Source of the DNA: Gammaproteobacteria bacterium
GTDB taxonomy: Bacteria; Pseudomonadota; Gammaproteobacteria; Eutrophobiales; Eutrophobiaceae
Length of the DNA: 64,000 nucleotides
NCBI GenBank assembly: GCA_965215365.1
Contig: CBDCDS010000003.1
Span: 2,368,001 to 2,432,000 of the forward strand
Direction of reading: 5' to 3'
Part shown: piece after piece, positions 15,372 through 24,758 of the stretch
Layout of the letters: each line of letters starts with the position of its first letter
How positions within the stretch are numbered: the first letter of the stretch is position 1
The notes under the pieces: model-generated
What the model was told of the DNA's origin: nothing
Database searches by the model: none
Seen by the model: only the letters and a program-made list of their open reading frames with translations
Program-made: the position numbers and the translations under genes

Positions 15372-16664
15372 ATGCCTGTTTCCCGTTCCCTGCTTCCTGA
15401 CCCGCGCTGGTGGTTGTTCGGTATTGCCAGCCTGTTCTTTTTCTTTATCACGGCGGCCACCTTCAGTTCCCTGGGCGTGGCATTACCTTATATGATTGAG
15501 GAGTATGCTTGGAGCTGGTCCGAGGCCGGTGCCGGGTTTTCCCTGTTGGCGTTGATGGTGGGGCTGGCCGGCGCCCTGCCGGCCTGGACCATAAGGCGCT
15601 ACGGCATCCGCATGACTTATGTGCTGGGCGCGGCGGTGATGGCCTGCGGGTTTATGCTGATTGCCGCAGGAACCGGGCTGTATCTGTACTGGGCCGGCGC
15701 CGGCCTGCTGGGAACAGGGTTTGCCCTGTGCGCCACCGTGCCCGGCATCCACTTGATCAATGACTGGTTGCCCGAACGCCGCTCGTTCGCCATCGGCCTG
15801 TACCTGACCTTAGGCGGCCTAGGGGCGGTGGCGGGAGCACCGGTCGTGACCGCTATCATCGGTCATACCGACTCCTGGCGCCTGCACTGGTGGAGCATGA
15901 CCGGCGCTACGCTGGCACTGCTGCTGCTGGCCGCAGTCTTTATCCGGGCGCGGCCGACCGGCGCCGACATGGCGGACTCGCGACAGCAAGAGAAAACCTC
16001 CGCACAGGTATTTAAGACCCGCACTGACTGGCGCTACCGCGAGGCGCTACGCACGCCCCAGTATTACGTGCTCGTGGCGGCACTGACACTGACCCTGCTG
16101 TGCACCCTGACCATGAACAGCTGGGCGTTTACCCACTTGGGCATGCTCGGCATATCCACGACGCTGGCCACGCTGGCGCTGAGCGCCGCCGGCGCGGTCA
16201 ACGCCCTGTCGCGCGCTTTGGGCGGACTGCTTGCGACTCGTATAGACCCGAAATGGCTGCTGGTTGCGGCACTCGCCAGTGAAATGCTCGGCATGCTGGC
16301 CCTGTCGGTTGCGGATAACCCGGTGACGCTGATCGTGTTCGTCATTGGCGAAGGTTGCGGCTTCGGTTTATGTTTCCTGGCCACCACCCTGCTGCTGCTG
16401 AATTATTTCGGCGAGCGCGACAACCCGGAACTGCTCGGCACCATGAATTTCCTCACCACTATCGCCATGGTCGGCCCGATCCTGGCCGGCTACCTGGCCG
16501 GCAAGTCCGGCGGCTTCTCGGTCGCGTTCCAACTGAACGCGGCACTGTTACTGCTCCTTATCGTCGTCGTCGCTGGTATAAAACCTCCCCGCCAACGGGA
16601 CACTGTCACAGCTGGCGAAGCCGGCTGCCAGCGGCAGACCGGCAGCAGCGTGAATAAGCCATAA
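15372..16664 (+). CDS. MFS transporter
   Basis: ~12 hydrophobic helices, WTIRRYGIR motif-A-like loop. Start at 15372 (or 15363), 7 nt after TATAAT. Confidence 0.88.
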   Translation: MPVSRSLLPDPRWWLFGIASLFFFFITAATFSSLGVALPYMIEEYAWSWSEAGAGFSLLALMVGLAGALPAWTIRRYGIRMTYVLGAAVMACGFMLIAAGTGLYLYWAGAGLLGTGFALCATVPGIHLINDWLPERRSFAIGLYLTLGGLGAVAGAPVVTAIIGHTDSWRLHWWSMTGATLALLLLAAVFIRARPTGADMADSRQQEKTSAQVFKTRTDWRYREALRTPQYYVLVAALTLTLLCTLTMNSWAFTHLGMLGISTTLATLALSAAGAVNALSRALGGLLATRIDPKWLLVAALASEMLGMLALSVADNPVTLIVFVIGEGCGFGLCFLATTLLLLNYFGERDNPELLGTMNFLTTIAMVGPILAGYLAGKSGGFSVAFQLNAALLLLLIVVVAGIKPPRQRDTVTAGEAGCQRQTGSSVNKP

Positions 16665-16758
16665 AACATGCGAAAAGCCAAGGCACGCACGTAGCTGCAG
16701 CCACACCGACTACCGCTGCGCGGTAGAGCTCGAAAGCAGGGTTTGGGGAGGGGAATTC

Positions 16759-17001
16759 CTAGGTTTCGTGGCCTTCGTCTTCTTCCGCCAGAATCCTGAT
16801 GCTGCGGGCCGGGACGATGGTGGAGATCGCGTGTTTATAGACCAGCTGACTCACCGAGTTTTTCAGTAAAATCACGAACTGGTCAAAAGATTCAACCTGA
16901 CCTTGCAACTTGATACCGTTGGCGAGATAAATGGATACGGGAACCCGTTCCTTGCGTAAAGTATTCAGGAATGGGTCCTGGAGGGTTTGCCCCTTACTCA
17001 T
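16759..17001 (-). CDS. hfq: RNA chaperone Hfq
   Basis: [34 protein letters not shown]...[10 protein letters not shown]. Confidence 0.99.
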   Translation of the reverse strand: MSKGQTLQDPFLNTLRKERVPVSIYLANGIKLQGQVESFDQFVILLKNSVSQLVYKHAISTIVPARSIRILAEEDEGHET

Positions 17002-17057
17002 AATGACACCTCGTTGCTATTCATTGTGGTTGTTATTACCTTACCCGCCCGATTATA

Positions 17058-18002
17058 CTACGCGCGGGAGGGGAATGTGTGTTTTTCGCGCAAATATTTC
17101 ACCACCGCCCGGGTCATGTTCATTGCGTAAGCGTCGAAGCAGATGGCATTCTGTTCCGAGCGTAACCAGGTCAACTGACGTTTGGCAAGTTGCCGGGTTG
17201 CGGTGACGGCGCGGGTGCGCATTTCAGCAAAATCGTAGTGCCCCGCCAGGTATGACCACACCTGCCGGTAGCCGACCAGCCGCATGGATGTCAAGTCCTC
17301 GTGCATATCTTTGCTCCGGTAAAAACTCTCCACTTCATCCACCAGGCCCTGCTCCAGCATGCGCTGAAAACGCTGCCCGACCCGGGCGCGCAGCAACTGC
17401 CTGTCGGCGGGGATTAGCGCCAGCTTGATAACCGTTTGTGGCAGTCTCCCCAGGCGCCCTTTGGCAACCAGGGCGGACAGCGGCTGGCCGGTCATTTCAT
17501 ATACCTCCAGTGCTCGTTGCACCCGTTGTACATCATTCGGGTGCAGGCGCGCGGCGCTGCCAGGGTCAACGCGCTGCAATTCTGTATGCAGCGCTGGCGC
17601 ACCCTGTTGTCGTAGCCTTTGCTGCAGGCGGCGACGCACTGCCAGGTCGGTGGCAGGCAGGTCGGAAAAACCCTGTTCCAGGGCACGAAAATACAAGCCG
17701 GTGCCGCCCACCAGTAACGGTATCCGGTCATGACTGCGGATATCCCTGATAGCCGCCAGGGCGTCGCGTCGAAACCTGCCAGCAGAATAAGCCTCGGTGG
17801 GCTGGCAAATATCGATCAGTCGATGCGGAACTATCTCCAGCACCTCCTTGCCGGGCTTGGCCGTGCCGATGTCCAGCCCTTTATAGACCATGGCAGAATC
17901 GACGCTGATAACCTCCAGCGGCAACTGTCTGACCAGCTCCAGCGCCAACGCCGTCTTGCCGCTCGCGGTCGGCCCCATGAGGAAAATGACCGTGTCATTC
18001 AT
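17058..18002 (-). CDS. miaA: tRNA dimethylallyltransferase
   Basis: GPTASGKT, SVDSAMVYKGLDIGTAKP, VGGTGLY, TRQLAKRQLTW; mutL-miaA-hfq synteny. Confidence 0.98.
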   Translation of the reverse strand: MNDTVIFLMGPTASGKTALALELVRQLPLEVISVDSAMVYKGLDIGTAKPGKEVLEIVPHRLIDICQPTEAYSAGRFRRDALAAIRDIRSHDRIPLLVGGTGLYFRALEQGFSDLPATDLAVRRRLQQRLRQQGAPALHTELQRVDPGSAARLHPNDVQRVQRALEVYEMTGQPLSALVAKGRLGRLPQTVIKLALIPADRQLLRARVGQRFQRMLEQGLVDEVESFYRSKDMHEDLTSMRLVGYRQVWSYLAGHYDFAEMRTRAVTATRQLAKRQLTWLRSEQNAICFDAYAMNMTRAVVKYLREKHTFPSRA

Positions 18003-19746
18003 CGATCAGTGCGCTGAGCTTATCTAGGGGAACCGTCCTCCACAGACCCTTGTGATGTTTTTGCGTGGTATCAATATCGGTCTTGTCCAGGTCGGCCAGC
18101 AAGGCTGCGAGGGTGGCATTGGCGGGTCGTTCCACACTATCCGTCATGCTCCCTGCCATGATTGCCAATAACCGCTCGGCAGGGTCGCCACTTGCGGGGC
18201 GCGGGGGCAAGGCGTCCAGCACTGCGCTGACCATGCTCTTGACATCAACCGCTTCGAGCAATACGGGAATTTCCCTGACCGATACCAGGTGGTCGGCCAC
18301 CACGCGCAAGGACAGGCCCACGGCCTCCAGCAGCTCGGCATATTGCTCTGCCACATCGACCCGGTGCCGGCCAACATCGATATGCACCGGGACCAGCAAC
18401 GGCCGGCGCGCTATCGATTCATTCAGATAATCCTGCCTGAGCCGGTAACGCAGGATACAGGCACTGAGCGCGTGGCAGTTCAGCAGCACCAGATCGCCAT
18501 TACGCTGTGCGACTGCCAGACCCGGCGTTAGTGCCAGCCGGGGAATGCCGAGTCCGGCGGGCTTGGCGAGCAGGTCTTGCTGGGGTTGCCTGGCGGTGAG
18601 GTTCTGATAGAACAGGCTGGCTTCCCGCACCTGTGGCGGCGCTCGGTAGCCCTGCGGCGCATAGCTGTGCGGCTTGTCAGCAGCCGTAGTTTCGTCCTCG
18701 TGCAAAGCCAGTGCCGATGCCGCCTTGAGCGCATCGCGCAGACTCAAGTGGATAAAATCATGCACCACGCGGCTGTCCCGGAAACGGATTTCACTTTTGG
18801 TCGGATGCACGTTGATATCGGTGACCGCAGGATCGATATCCAGGTGCAACAAACAGGTCGGGTAACGCCCGGGCGGCAGGGTATCGGCGAATGCCGAACG
18901 CATTGCATGGAGGATTTTTTTGTCCCGTACCGCCCTGCCATTGACAAAACAGAATTGCCGGTCCGACTGGCTGCGGCTGAGCTCGCCGCCACCCAGCCAG
19001 CCCCACAACTTCATGCCCCGCGAGGTATAACTGACCGGAATGGATTGCGCCGCAAAATGGCGCCCGAATACCTCCTCCACCCGCTCCGCCATGTTATCCG
19101 CGCAGGCGCGATAGCGCAGCAGAGTCTTGCCGTTGTGCACCAGCTTGAAACCGATATTGAAGCGGCTGCAGGCCACGCGCTTGACCGTTTCGCTGATGTG
19201 GAGAAACTCCGTGGTCTGACTGCGCATGAATTTACGGCGCGCCGGCGTGGCCTGAAAAATATCCGCAGCCTGCACGGTAGTGCCGGGGGCGCGCGCCGCC
19301 GGCTTGAGTGCCGAATGTCCACTGACCGGGTCGAAGGACAAGGACCAGGCGGTCGCCGTCGCGGCACTTCTTGAGACCAGTAAAAACGAGGATACCGCGG
19401 CGATGCTGGCCAGTGCCTCACCGCGAAATCCCAGACTGGTGATACAGTCCAGATCGGACTGGGTATTGAGCTTGCTGGTGCTGTGGCGGCGCAGTGCCAG
19501 CTCCATATCATCGGGGTGGATGCCATGACCGTTATCGCGGACTTCGAGCAGCTTGTGGCCGCCATCGGTGACGGTCACCGTCACCTCATCAGCGCCGGCA
19601 TCAATGCTGTTATCCAGCAGTTCCTTAACCGCCGCCGCCGGTCGCTCGATAACCTCCCCGGCCGCGATCTGGCTGGCCAGGGTGGGCGGCAGTTCGGCGA
19701 TGCGGGGGGGTGATGTTGCGCGTCCCTTAATGATAGCAGAAGTCAG
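17995..19746 (-). CDS. mutL: DNA mismatch repair protein MutL (start codon uncertain or non-canonical)
   Basis: HSTSK, SLGFRGEALASI, DINVHPTKSEIRF. The frame continues upstream of the track's GTG (19584) through RIAELPPTLASQIAAGEVIERPAAAVKELLDNSIDAG with no ATG/GTG/TTG; 19746 is a candidate CTG. Confidence 0.9.
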   Translation of the reverse strand: MTSAIIKGRATSPPRIAELPPTLASQIAAGEVIERPAAAVKELLDNSIDAGADEVTVTVTDGGHKLLEVRDNGHGIHPDDMELALRRHSTSKLNTQSDLDCITSLGFRGEALASIAAVSSFLLVSRSAATATAWSLSFDPVSGHSALKPAARAPGTTVQAADIFQATPARRKFMRSQTTEFLHISETVKRVACSRFNIGFKLVHNGKTLLRYRACADNMAERVEEVFGRHFAAQSIPVSYTSRGMKLWGWLGGGELSRSQSDRQFCFVNGRAVRDKKILHAMRSAFADTLPPGRYPTCLLHLDIDPAVTDINVHPTKSEIRFRDSRVVHDFIHLSLRDALKAASALALHEDETTAADKPHSYAPQGYRAPPQVREASLFYQNLTARQPQQDLLAKPAGLGIPRLALTPGLAVAQRNGDLVLLNCHALSACILRYRLRQDYLNESIARRPLLVPVHIDVGRHRVDVAEQYAELLEAVGLSLRVVADHLVSVREIPVLLEAVDVKSMVSAVLDALPPRPASGDPAERLLAIMAGSMTDSVERPANATLAALLADLDKTDIDTTQKHHKGLWRTVPLDKLSALIDE

Positions 19747-20900
19747 TTCGTCGTTCCCCGCGCCGCCAGCAATGTATTCTCCGGCGGGTTCAGCTGGAAA
19801 TAACGCTTGATGCCGGTGGCGATGGCCTGGGCAAGTTTGCGCTGATAGGCGGAGCTGCGCAGCTTTTTTTCCTCCTGGGGATTGGAAATAAACGCAGTCT
19901 CGATGAGCATGGACGGGATGTCGGGCGATTTCAATACGGCAAAGGCTGCGTACTCCACTGCCGGCTTGTGCACTTTGCCCACCTCTTTCAACCCTGCTAG
20001 GACTTTTTCAGCCGCCTCAATGCTGGCTTCCTCACTGGCTGTCTGGGACATGTCCAGCAGTACCGATGCCAACTGATTGTCCTTGTCATCCAGGCTCACC
20101 CCACCCATCAGGTCGGAGGCATTTTCGCGCGCGGCCAGCCAGCGCGCGTGTTCGCTGCTGGCACCGCGGCTGGAGAGGATATATACGGACGAACCCCTGA
20201 CTTGCCTGTTAGTAAACGCATCGGCATGAATGGATATGAACAAATCCGCCTGCTGGCGGCGCGCCAGCTCCATGCGCTTGCGTAAGGGCACGTAATAATC
20301 ACCGGTTCTGGTCAGTACCGCCTTCAGCCCGCGCTCTTTGTTTATCCGCTTCACCAGTTCCCGGGCTATCTTCAGCACAACCGTCTTCTCGTAGGTGCCG
20401 CGTGGACCGATGGCACCCGGGTCTTCACCACCATGCCCGGCATCGACTGCGACTACGATATCGCGATACCCCGACGCCGGTGTGCGCTTTTTTACCAGCG
20501 GTTGCGGTTGCTCATCGGTGACATCCACCACCAGCCTGTGACCGTAGTGTTTATTGGGTTTAAGCAGGAAGCTCTTGGCCTTGACGCGTTGCTCCAGGTC
20601 CAACACGATCCTCAGAAAATCGTCGTGCTGCCCGTGCCGGAGCTCGCGCACATGGCCGTCGTGCAGCACCGGATAGGAAATTCGCGCTAACGGCGCAGTA
20701 TTTTTCAGATCGATAACAACCCGGTAGGGGCTGGACAGCAGTCTCAGTTCGTGCCTGATGGGAGCGCTCAGATCGAATACCACACGGGTATTATCGGGCG
20801 CCGCCCAGACCCGGATATTTTTCAGGCGCGCCGTCTCCTGTGCCGCCAAGGGCAGGGAAAAAATCAGGAGTAAACAATAAGTTGTGATTAATCGCAGCAT
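19743..20900 (-). CDS. amiC: N-acetylmuramoyl-L-alanine amidase (AmiB/AmiC type, AMIN + amidase_3)
   Basis: Signal peptide from ATG 20900; VDAGHGGEDPGAIG, FISIHADA, SMLIETAFISN. Confidence 0.9.
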   Translation of the reverse strand: MLRLITTYCLLLIFSLPLAAQETARLKNIRVWAAPDNTRVVFDLSAPIRHELRLLSSPYRVVIDLKNTAPLARISYPVLHDGHVRELRHGQHDDFLRIVLDLEQRVKAKSFLLKPNKHYGHRLVVDVTDEQPQPLVKKRTPASGYRDIVVAVDAGHGGEDPGAIGPRGTYEKTVVLKIARELVKRINKERGLKAVLTRTGDYYVPLRKRMELARRQQADLFISIHADAFTNRQVRGSSVYILSSRGASSEHARWLAARENASDLMGGVSLDDKDNQLASVLLDMSQTASEEASIEAAEKVLAGLKEVGKVHKPAVEYAAFAVLKSPDIPSMLIETAFISNPQEEKKLRSSAYQRKLAQAIATGIKRYFQLNPPENTLLAARGTTN

Positions 20901-20964
20901 CTGCCAGCCGATTATTGTGGGCACTATACCGGCCATTATCTCAATCTTTTTTTAAGAAGTCAAG

Positions 20965-21471
20965 CTATCTGACTGTTTTTTTTGAAGTTGCATCAATTGA
21001 TATACGGTCACCTCTAAAAATTGAGGTGGCCGTAAGTTGTTGTAAGCATTCCCGGCCTGCTTCAGTCTGCGCCCGACAATTCAGGCTGCGCGCAGCCTGC
21101 TCTATGCTGATATTGATGGTTAAATCCGCAACGGGCAAGCTCGCCCCGCCCCGTTCCGGCCATTCCACCAGGCAGACGGCCCGGCCGTCGAAGTAGTCGC
21201 GACAACCGATGTCATCCAGTTCCGCAGCTGTGGTCAGACGGTACAGGTCGAAATGATACACGCCGGCGACCGGGTAATGTTCCACCAGGGTGTAGGTCGG
21301 ACTCTTGACCACGCCCTGGTAGCCAAGCCCGCGCAGCGCGCCCCGGACAAAGGTGGTCTTGCCGGCGCCCAGCTCCCCTTGCAAGTACAGCTTGAAGCCC
21401 GGTGACAGCTGTGCCGCGCAACAGGCCGCGAGTTGCTGCAGCTGTGCGGGGGTGGCAACGGTCAGGCGCAT
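20965..21471 (-). CDS. tsaE: t6A biosynthesis ATPase TsaE
   Basis: GELGAGKTT, VKSPTYTLVE, YHFDLYRL, VEWPE. Confidence 0.97.
   Translation of the reverse strand: MRLTVATPAQLQQLAACCAAQLSPGFKLYLQGELGAGKTTFVRGALRGLGYQGVVKSPTYTLVEHYPVAGVYHFDLYRLTTAAELDDIGCRDYFDGRAVCLVEWPERGGASLPVADLTINISIEQAARSLNCRAQTEAGRECLQQLTATSIFRGDRISIDATSKKTVR
21003..21034. repeat. 32-bp imperfect palindrome, possible IS-end scar in the tsaE 3' end
   Basis: tacggtcacctc-taaaaatt-gaggtggccgta (11/12 arms); left-arm motif recurs at 24454 and 51613. Confidence 0.45.
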
Positions 21472-22982
21472 GGCGCAGGCTGATGTGCAGAGTGATGCGC
21501 AGGGTGATGCGCGGGATTGACCAGCGTGCGCAACATCGGCAATAGCTCACCGGCCAGCAGGCCTCTTTCCCCCTGCGCCGCACACAGGTCTGCCGCATGA
21601 CCGTGCAGATACACCCCGCCGCGCGCGGCTACCTCCGGCGCCAAGCCCTGGGCCAGCAAGCCGGCGATGAGCCCGGTCAACACATCGCCCATGCCAGCGG
21701 TGGCCATGCCGGGGTTGCCGGTGGGGTTCAGGTAGCGCGGGCCGGCGGCCGCGGCCACCAGGCTGCCGGCCCCCTTGAGCACAACGACTCCGCCGAATTT
21801 ATCCTGTAACGATGACACCGCGGCAAAGCGGTCGGCCTGAAGCTCTGCCGTGGTCACGCCCAGCAGACCGGCGGCCTCACCAGGATGGGGCGTCAGCACC
21901 CAGTTGGCTCGGCGTTGCGGCTCAAGGGCCAGCAGCTTCAGGGCGTCGGCATCTACCACCAGGGGCAGCCGGGTCTGCAACACTGCGGCGAGCAACGCGC
22001 AGGCCCAATCCGACTGTCCCAGGCCAGGCCCGATGGCGACCACGCTGGCCCGATTCAGCAAGGGTGCCAGATCGGGCCCGGTGTGCACGGCGGCGCTCAT
22101 CAATTCAGGTTGATACAAAGGCACAGTACGGGCATGCTCCGGGCGCGTCGCCACCGTCACCAGACCGGCCCCACTCCTAGCCGCCGCGCATGCAGCTAAG
22201 AGCGCCGCGCCCTGGTAGCCGTAATCGCCACCCACGACCAGAACATGGCCATGGTGGCCCTTGTGGGCATCCCGCCGGCGCGCCAGCAGGTTGTGCGCAA
22301 CCTCCTGGTGGTCAATGAGGCAGGCATCCGCATTGACCGCAGCCCGGATAGTGGCGGGAGTGGCCAGATCGCGGTACAGTATGTCGCCGCAGTGCTCCGG
22401 CCCCTGGGCGGTGAACAGGCCACGCTTGAGCCCGATGAAGGTGACGGTGACGGCCGCCCTGATGGCATTGCCCATACAGGCCCCGGTGTCGGCGTTCAGG
22501 CCGGAGGGGAGGTCCAGCGCCAACGTCGGAATACCGGAGCGGTTGCTACGCTCGATGGCGGCGGCAAAAGTGCCGGTCACAGGACGGTTCAGACCACTGC
22601 CCAACAAGGCGTCAATAATGACCTCGGCGCCGTCCGGCGCAAAGGCGCTTGTCACCGGACCGGTTCGCAGGTAGTGGCGCGCGCAGGTCGCCGCATCGCC
22701 CTTGAGTTGACCCGGGTCTGCCAGCGCGCTGACCCGGACTTCCAGCCCGGCCTGCTGTGCCAGACGCGCCAACACGTAACCGTCGCCGGCGTTATTGCCT
22801 CCGCCACAGAGCACCAGCAGCCGCTTGGCCTCGGGGTAGCGCGCCCGCAGCGCCGCAAAGGCATCCGCCCCGGCCCGTTCCATCAGCGTGAGCGAGGGGA
22901 TGCCCTGCTCTGCCAGCGCGAGCCGTTCCAACTCCCGTACCTGGGCGGCGCTATATAGTTCCACAGGCAAGTCAGCGGCCAT
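21462..22982 (-). CDS. nnr: Bifunctional NAD(P)H-hydrate epimerase/dehydratase
   Basis: LMERAG, GGGNNAGDG, DLPSGL, HKGHHG, VDADAL, TPHPGEA, GMATAGMGDVLTG. Confidence 0.95.
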   Translation of the reverse strand: MAADLPVELYSAAQVRELERLALAEQGIPSLTLMERAGADAFAALRARYPEAKRLLVLCGGGNNAGDGYVLARLAQQAGLEVRVSALADPGQLKGDAATCARHYLRTGPVTSAFAPDGAEVIIDALLGSGLNRPVTGTFAAAIERSNRSGIPTLALDLPSGLNADTGACMGNAIRAAVTVTFIGLKRGLFTAQGPEHCGDILYRDLATPATIRAAVNADACLIDHQEVAHNLLARRRDAHKGHHGHVLVVGGDYGYQGAALLAACAAARSGAGLVTVATRPEHARTVPLYQPELMSAAVHTGPDLAPLLNRASVVAIGPGLGQSDWACALLAAVLQTRLPLVVDADALKLLALEPQRRANWVLTPHPGEAAGLLGVTTAELQADRFAAVSSLQDKFGGVVVLKGAGSLVAAAAGPRYLNPTGNPGMATAGMGDVLTGLIAGLLAQGLAPEVAARGGVYLHGHAADLCAAQGERGLLAGELLPMLRTLVNPAHHPAHHSAHQPAPCA

Positions 22983-23026
22983 AGCGCATCACCAGTTCCA
23001 GACAGTCCCAGCTTCCGGCCTGTTCA

Positions 23027-24388
23027 TCAGAATAACCCGAATACCAGTACACACCCGACCGCAACCGGGGCGATGTAACGGGTGAGCAGGCGCCAGAGCC
23101 GGAACGCGGTATCGTTGCTGAGGCCCATCTCATTGCGTAACGTCCGTGCCGGGATGACCCAGCCGGCAAACAGGGCGATGAGCAGGGCCGTCAGGGGCAA
23201 CATCACGTTCGACACGGTGAATTCAAGGACATGGAACATGTTCTTGTCCTGATACAAGGGGATGAACGACAGCGGTTTGAACTCCTTGCTCAGGTTGAAG
23301 GAGAAGACTGCGCTGAGGCCGACCAGCCAGATGACGGTGCCACTGACCATCGACATGGTAAGACGTTGATAGCCCTTGTCTTCCAGGTATGACACAAACG
23401 GCTCCAGCATTACCAGAGAAGAGGTAAAGGCGGCAAAGAATACCAAGACAAAAAACACCACACCGAAAAAGTGGCCGGCGGGCATGCCCCCCAGCGCCAC
23501 CGGCAGGGTCACAAACATAAGCCCCGGCCCTCCCGCCGGGTCCAGACCGGACGCGAACACGATGGTAAACACAGCCAGACCACACAAGACAGCCGCCAGA
23601 GTATCGCTGAACGCAATCATCCAGGTCGGACCGGGCAAGGAGATGTCTTTGGACAAATAAGCGCCGTAGGTCAACAGCGCGCCAGTGCCCACGGTGATGG
23701 AAAACAGTGCTTGCCCCAACGCCATGAGCAGGCTGTTCCAGGTCAGGCTGGAAAAGTCCGGGTTGAACATGAATTGCCAGGCGCGCGCCGGCGCCCCTTG
23801 CAGATGCCCGTAAACCACCAGTGCGATGATCATGATGAACAGGGCCGGCAGCATGAAAGTAGTCACCGCTTCAATGCCGCGCTTGATGCCCCTGCCGATA
23901 ACCCCGACCGTGGCTGCCAGAAACAAGGTGTACCAGAGTATCAGGCGCTGGGGAGACGCCAGCAGGTCATCGAACTGTGCCACTGCGGCAGCCGGCGTCA
24001 TGTTGATAAAGGCGCCGCGCAGGGCCAGAAAGACATAGTCCAGCGACCAACCGGCGACTACGGCATAAAAACACAACCCGCAAACCGGCGCCATAATGCT
24101 GAGCCAACCGATACTCCTCCAGAACCTTGAGCGTCCACCCTCCTGGCACAGCCGCACCATGGTCAGCACCGGGCTCTTGCCGCCGCGCCGGCCCATGGCC
24201 AGCTCCGCCATAACCAGTGGCACACACAACAGCAGGATAATCAACAAATAGACGATAATGAATGCACCGCCGCCGTTTTCGCCGGCGACATAAGAGAAGC
24301 GCCACAGGTTGCCCAGCCCGATGGAGGCGCCCACCATGGCGCACAGGAAAGCAAATTTTGATGACCAGATTTTGGTTGGCGCGGACAT
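23027..24388 (-). CDS. Sodium-dependent transporter, SNF/NSS family
   Basis: GASIGLGNLWRFSYVAGENGGGAF; GPGLMFVTLP. Confidence 0.93.
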   Translation of the reverse strand: MSAPTKIWSSKFAFLCAMVGASIGLGNLWRFSYVAGENGGGAFIIVYLLIILLLCVPLVMAELAMGRRGGKSPVLTMVRLCQEGGRSRFWRSIGWLSIMAPVCGLCFYAVVAGWSLDYVFLALRGAFINMTPAAAVAQFDDLLASPQRLILWYTLFLAATVGVIGRGIKRGIEAVTTFMLPALFIMIIALVVYGHLQGAPARAWQFMFNPDFSSLTWNSLLMALGQALFSITVGTGALLTYGAYLSKDISLPGPTWMIAFSDTLAAVLCGLAVFTIVFASGLDPAGGPGLMFVTLPVALGGMPAGHFFGVVFFVLVFFAAFTSSLVMLEPFVSYLEDKGYQRLTMSMVSGTVIWLVGLSAVFSFNLSKEFKPLSFIPLYQDKNMFHVLEFTVSNVMLPLTALLIALFAGWVIPARTLRNEMGLSNDTAFRLWRLLTRYIAPVAVGCVLVFGLF

Positions 24389-24391
24389 GAC

Positions 24392-24696
24392 TTAACCCGC
24401 ATATCTCACCAAGTCGTTTGTTGCCTTGTGAAACATAATTGCTCTCAATAAGTTATGGTAACCTCTAAACTCCCATGATCGGGGGTGCTGCACACCCCGA
24501 CAGTATGTAAATTTTGAAAATTTACATAGCAAAAATACCCTCCGTGGCATTTTATGATGCGTCCCATCCCCGGGACGCCCCCTGCGGGCATGTGCTTGTT
24601 CAACCATAGCTACCGCTATGCTCATCGTCGCCGGCACCCGCAGGCAGAACCAATCCGGCGCGATCTTCGCATCACTTGGTGAGATCTGCGGGTTAA
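24392..24696. mobile_element. Putative MITE (~300 bp) with TTAA flanks and CCC...GGG termini
   Basis: Inverted repeat 24390-24414 / 24674-24698 (24/25); internal palindromes; no credible ORF; right end recurs at 55535-55553. Confidence 0.75.
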
Positions 24697-24758
24697 GTGC
24701 TCAGTCCGATGACAGGAGCAGTATAATACCACCGAAAAATTCAGGACACACTCACACA

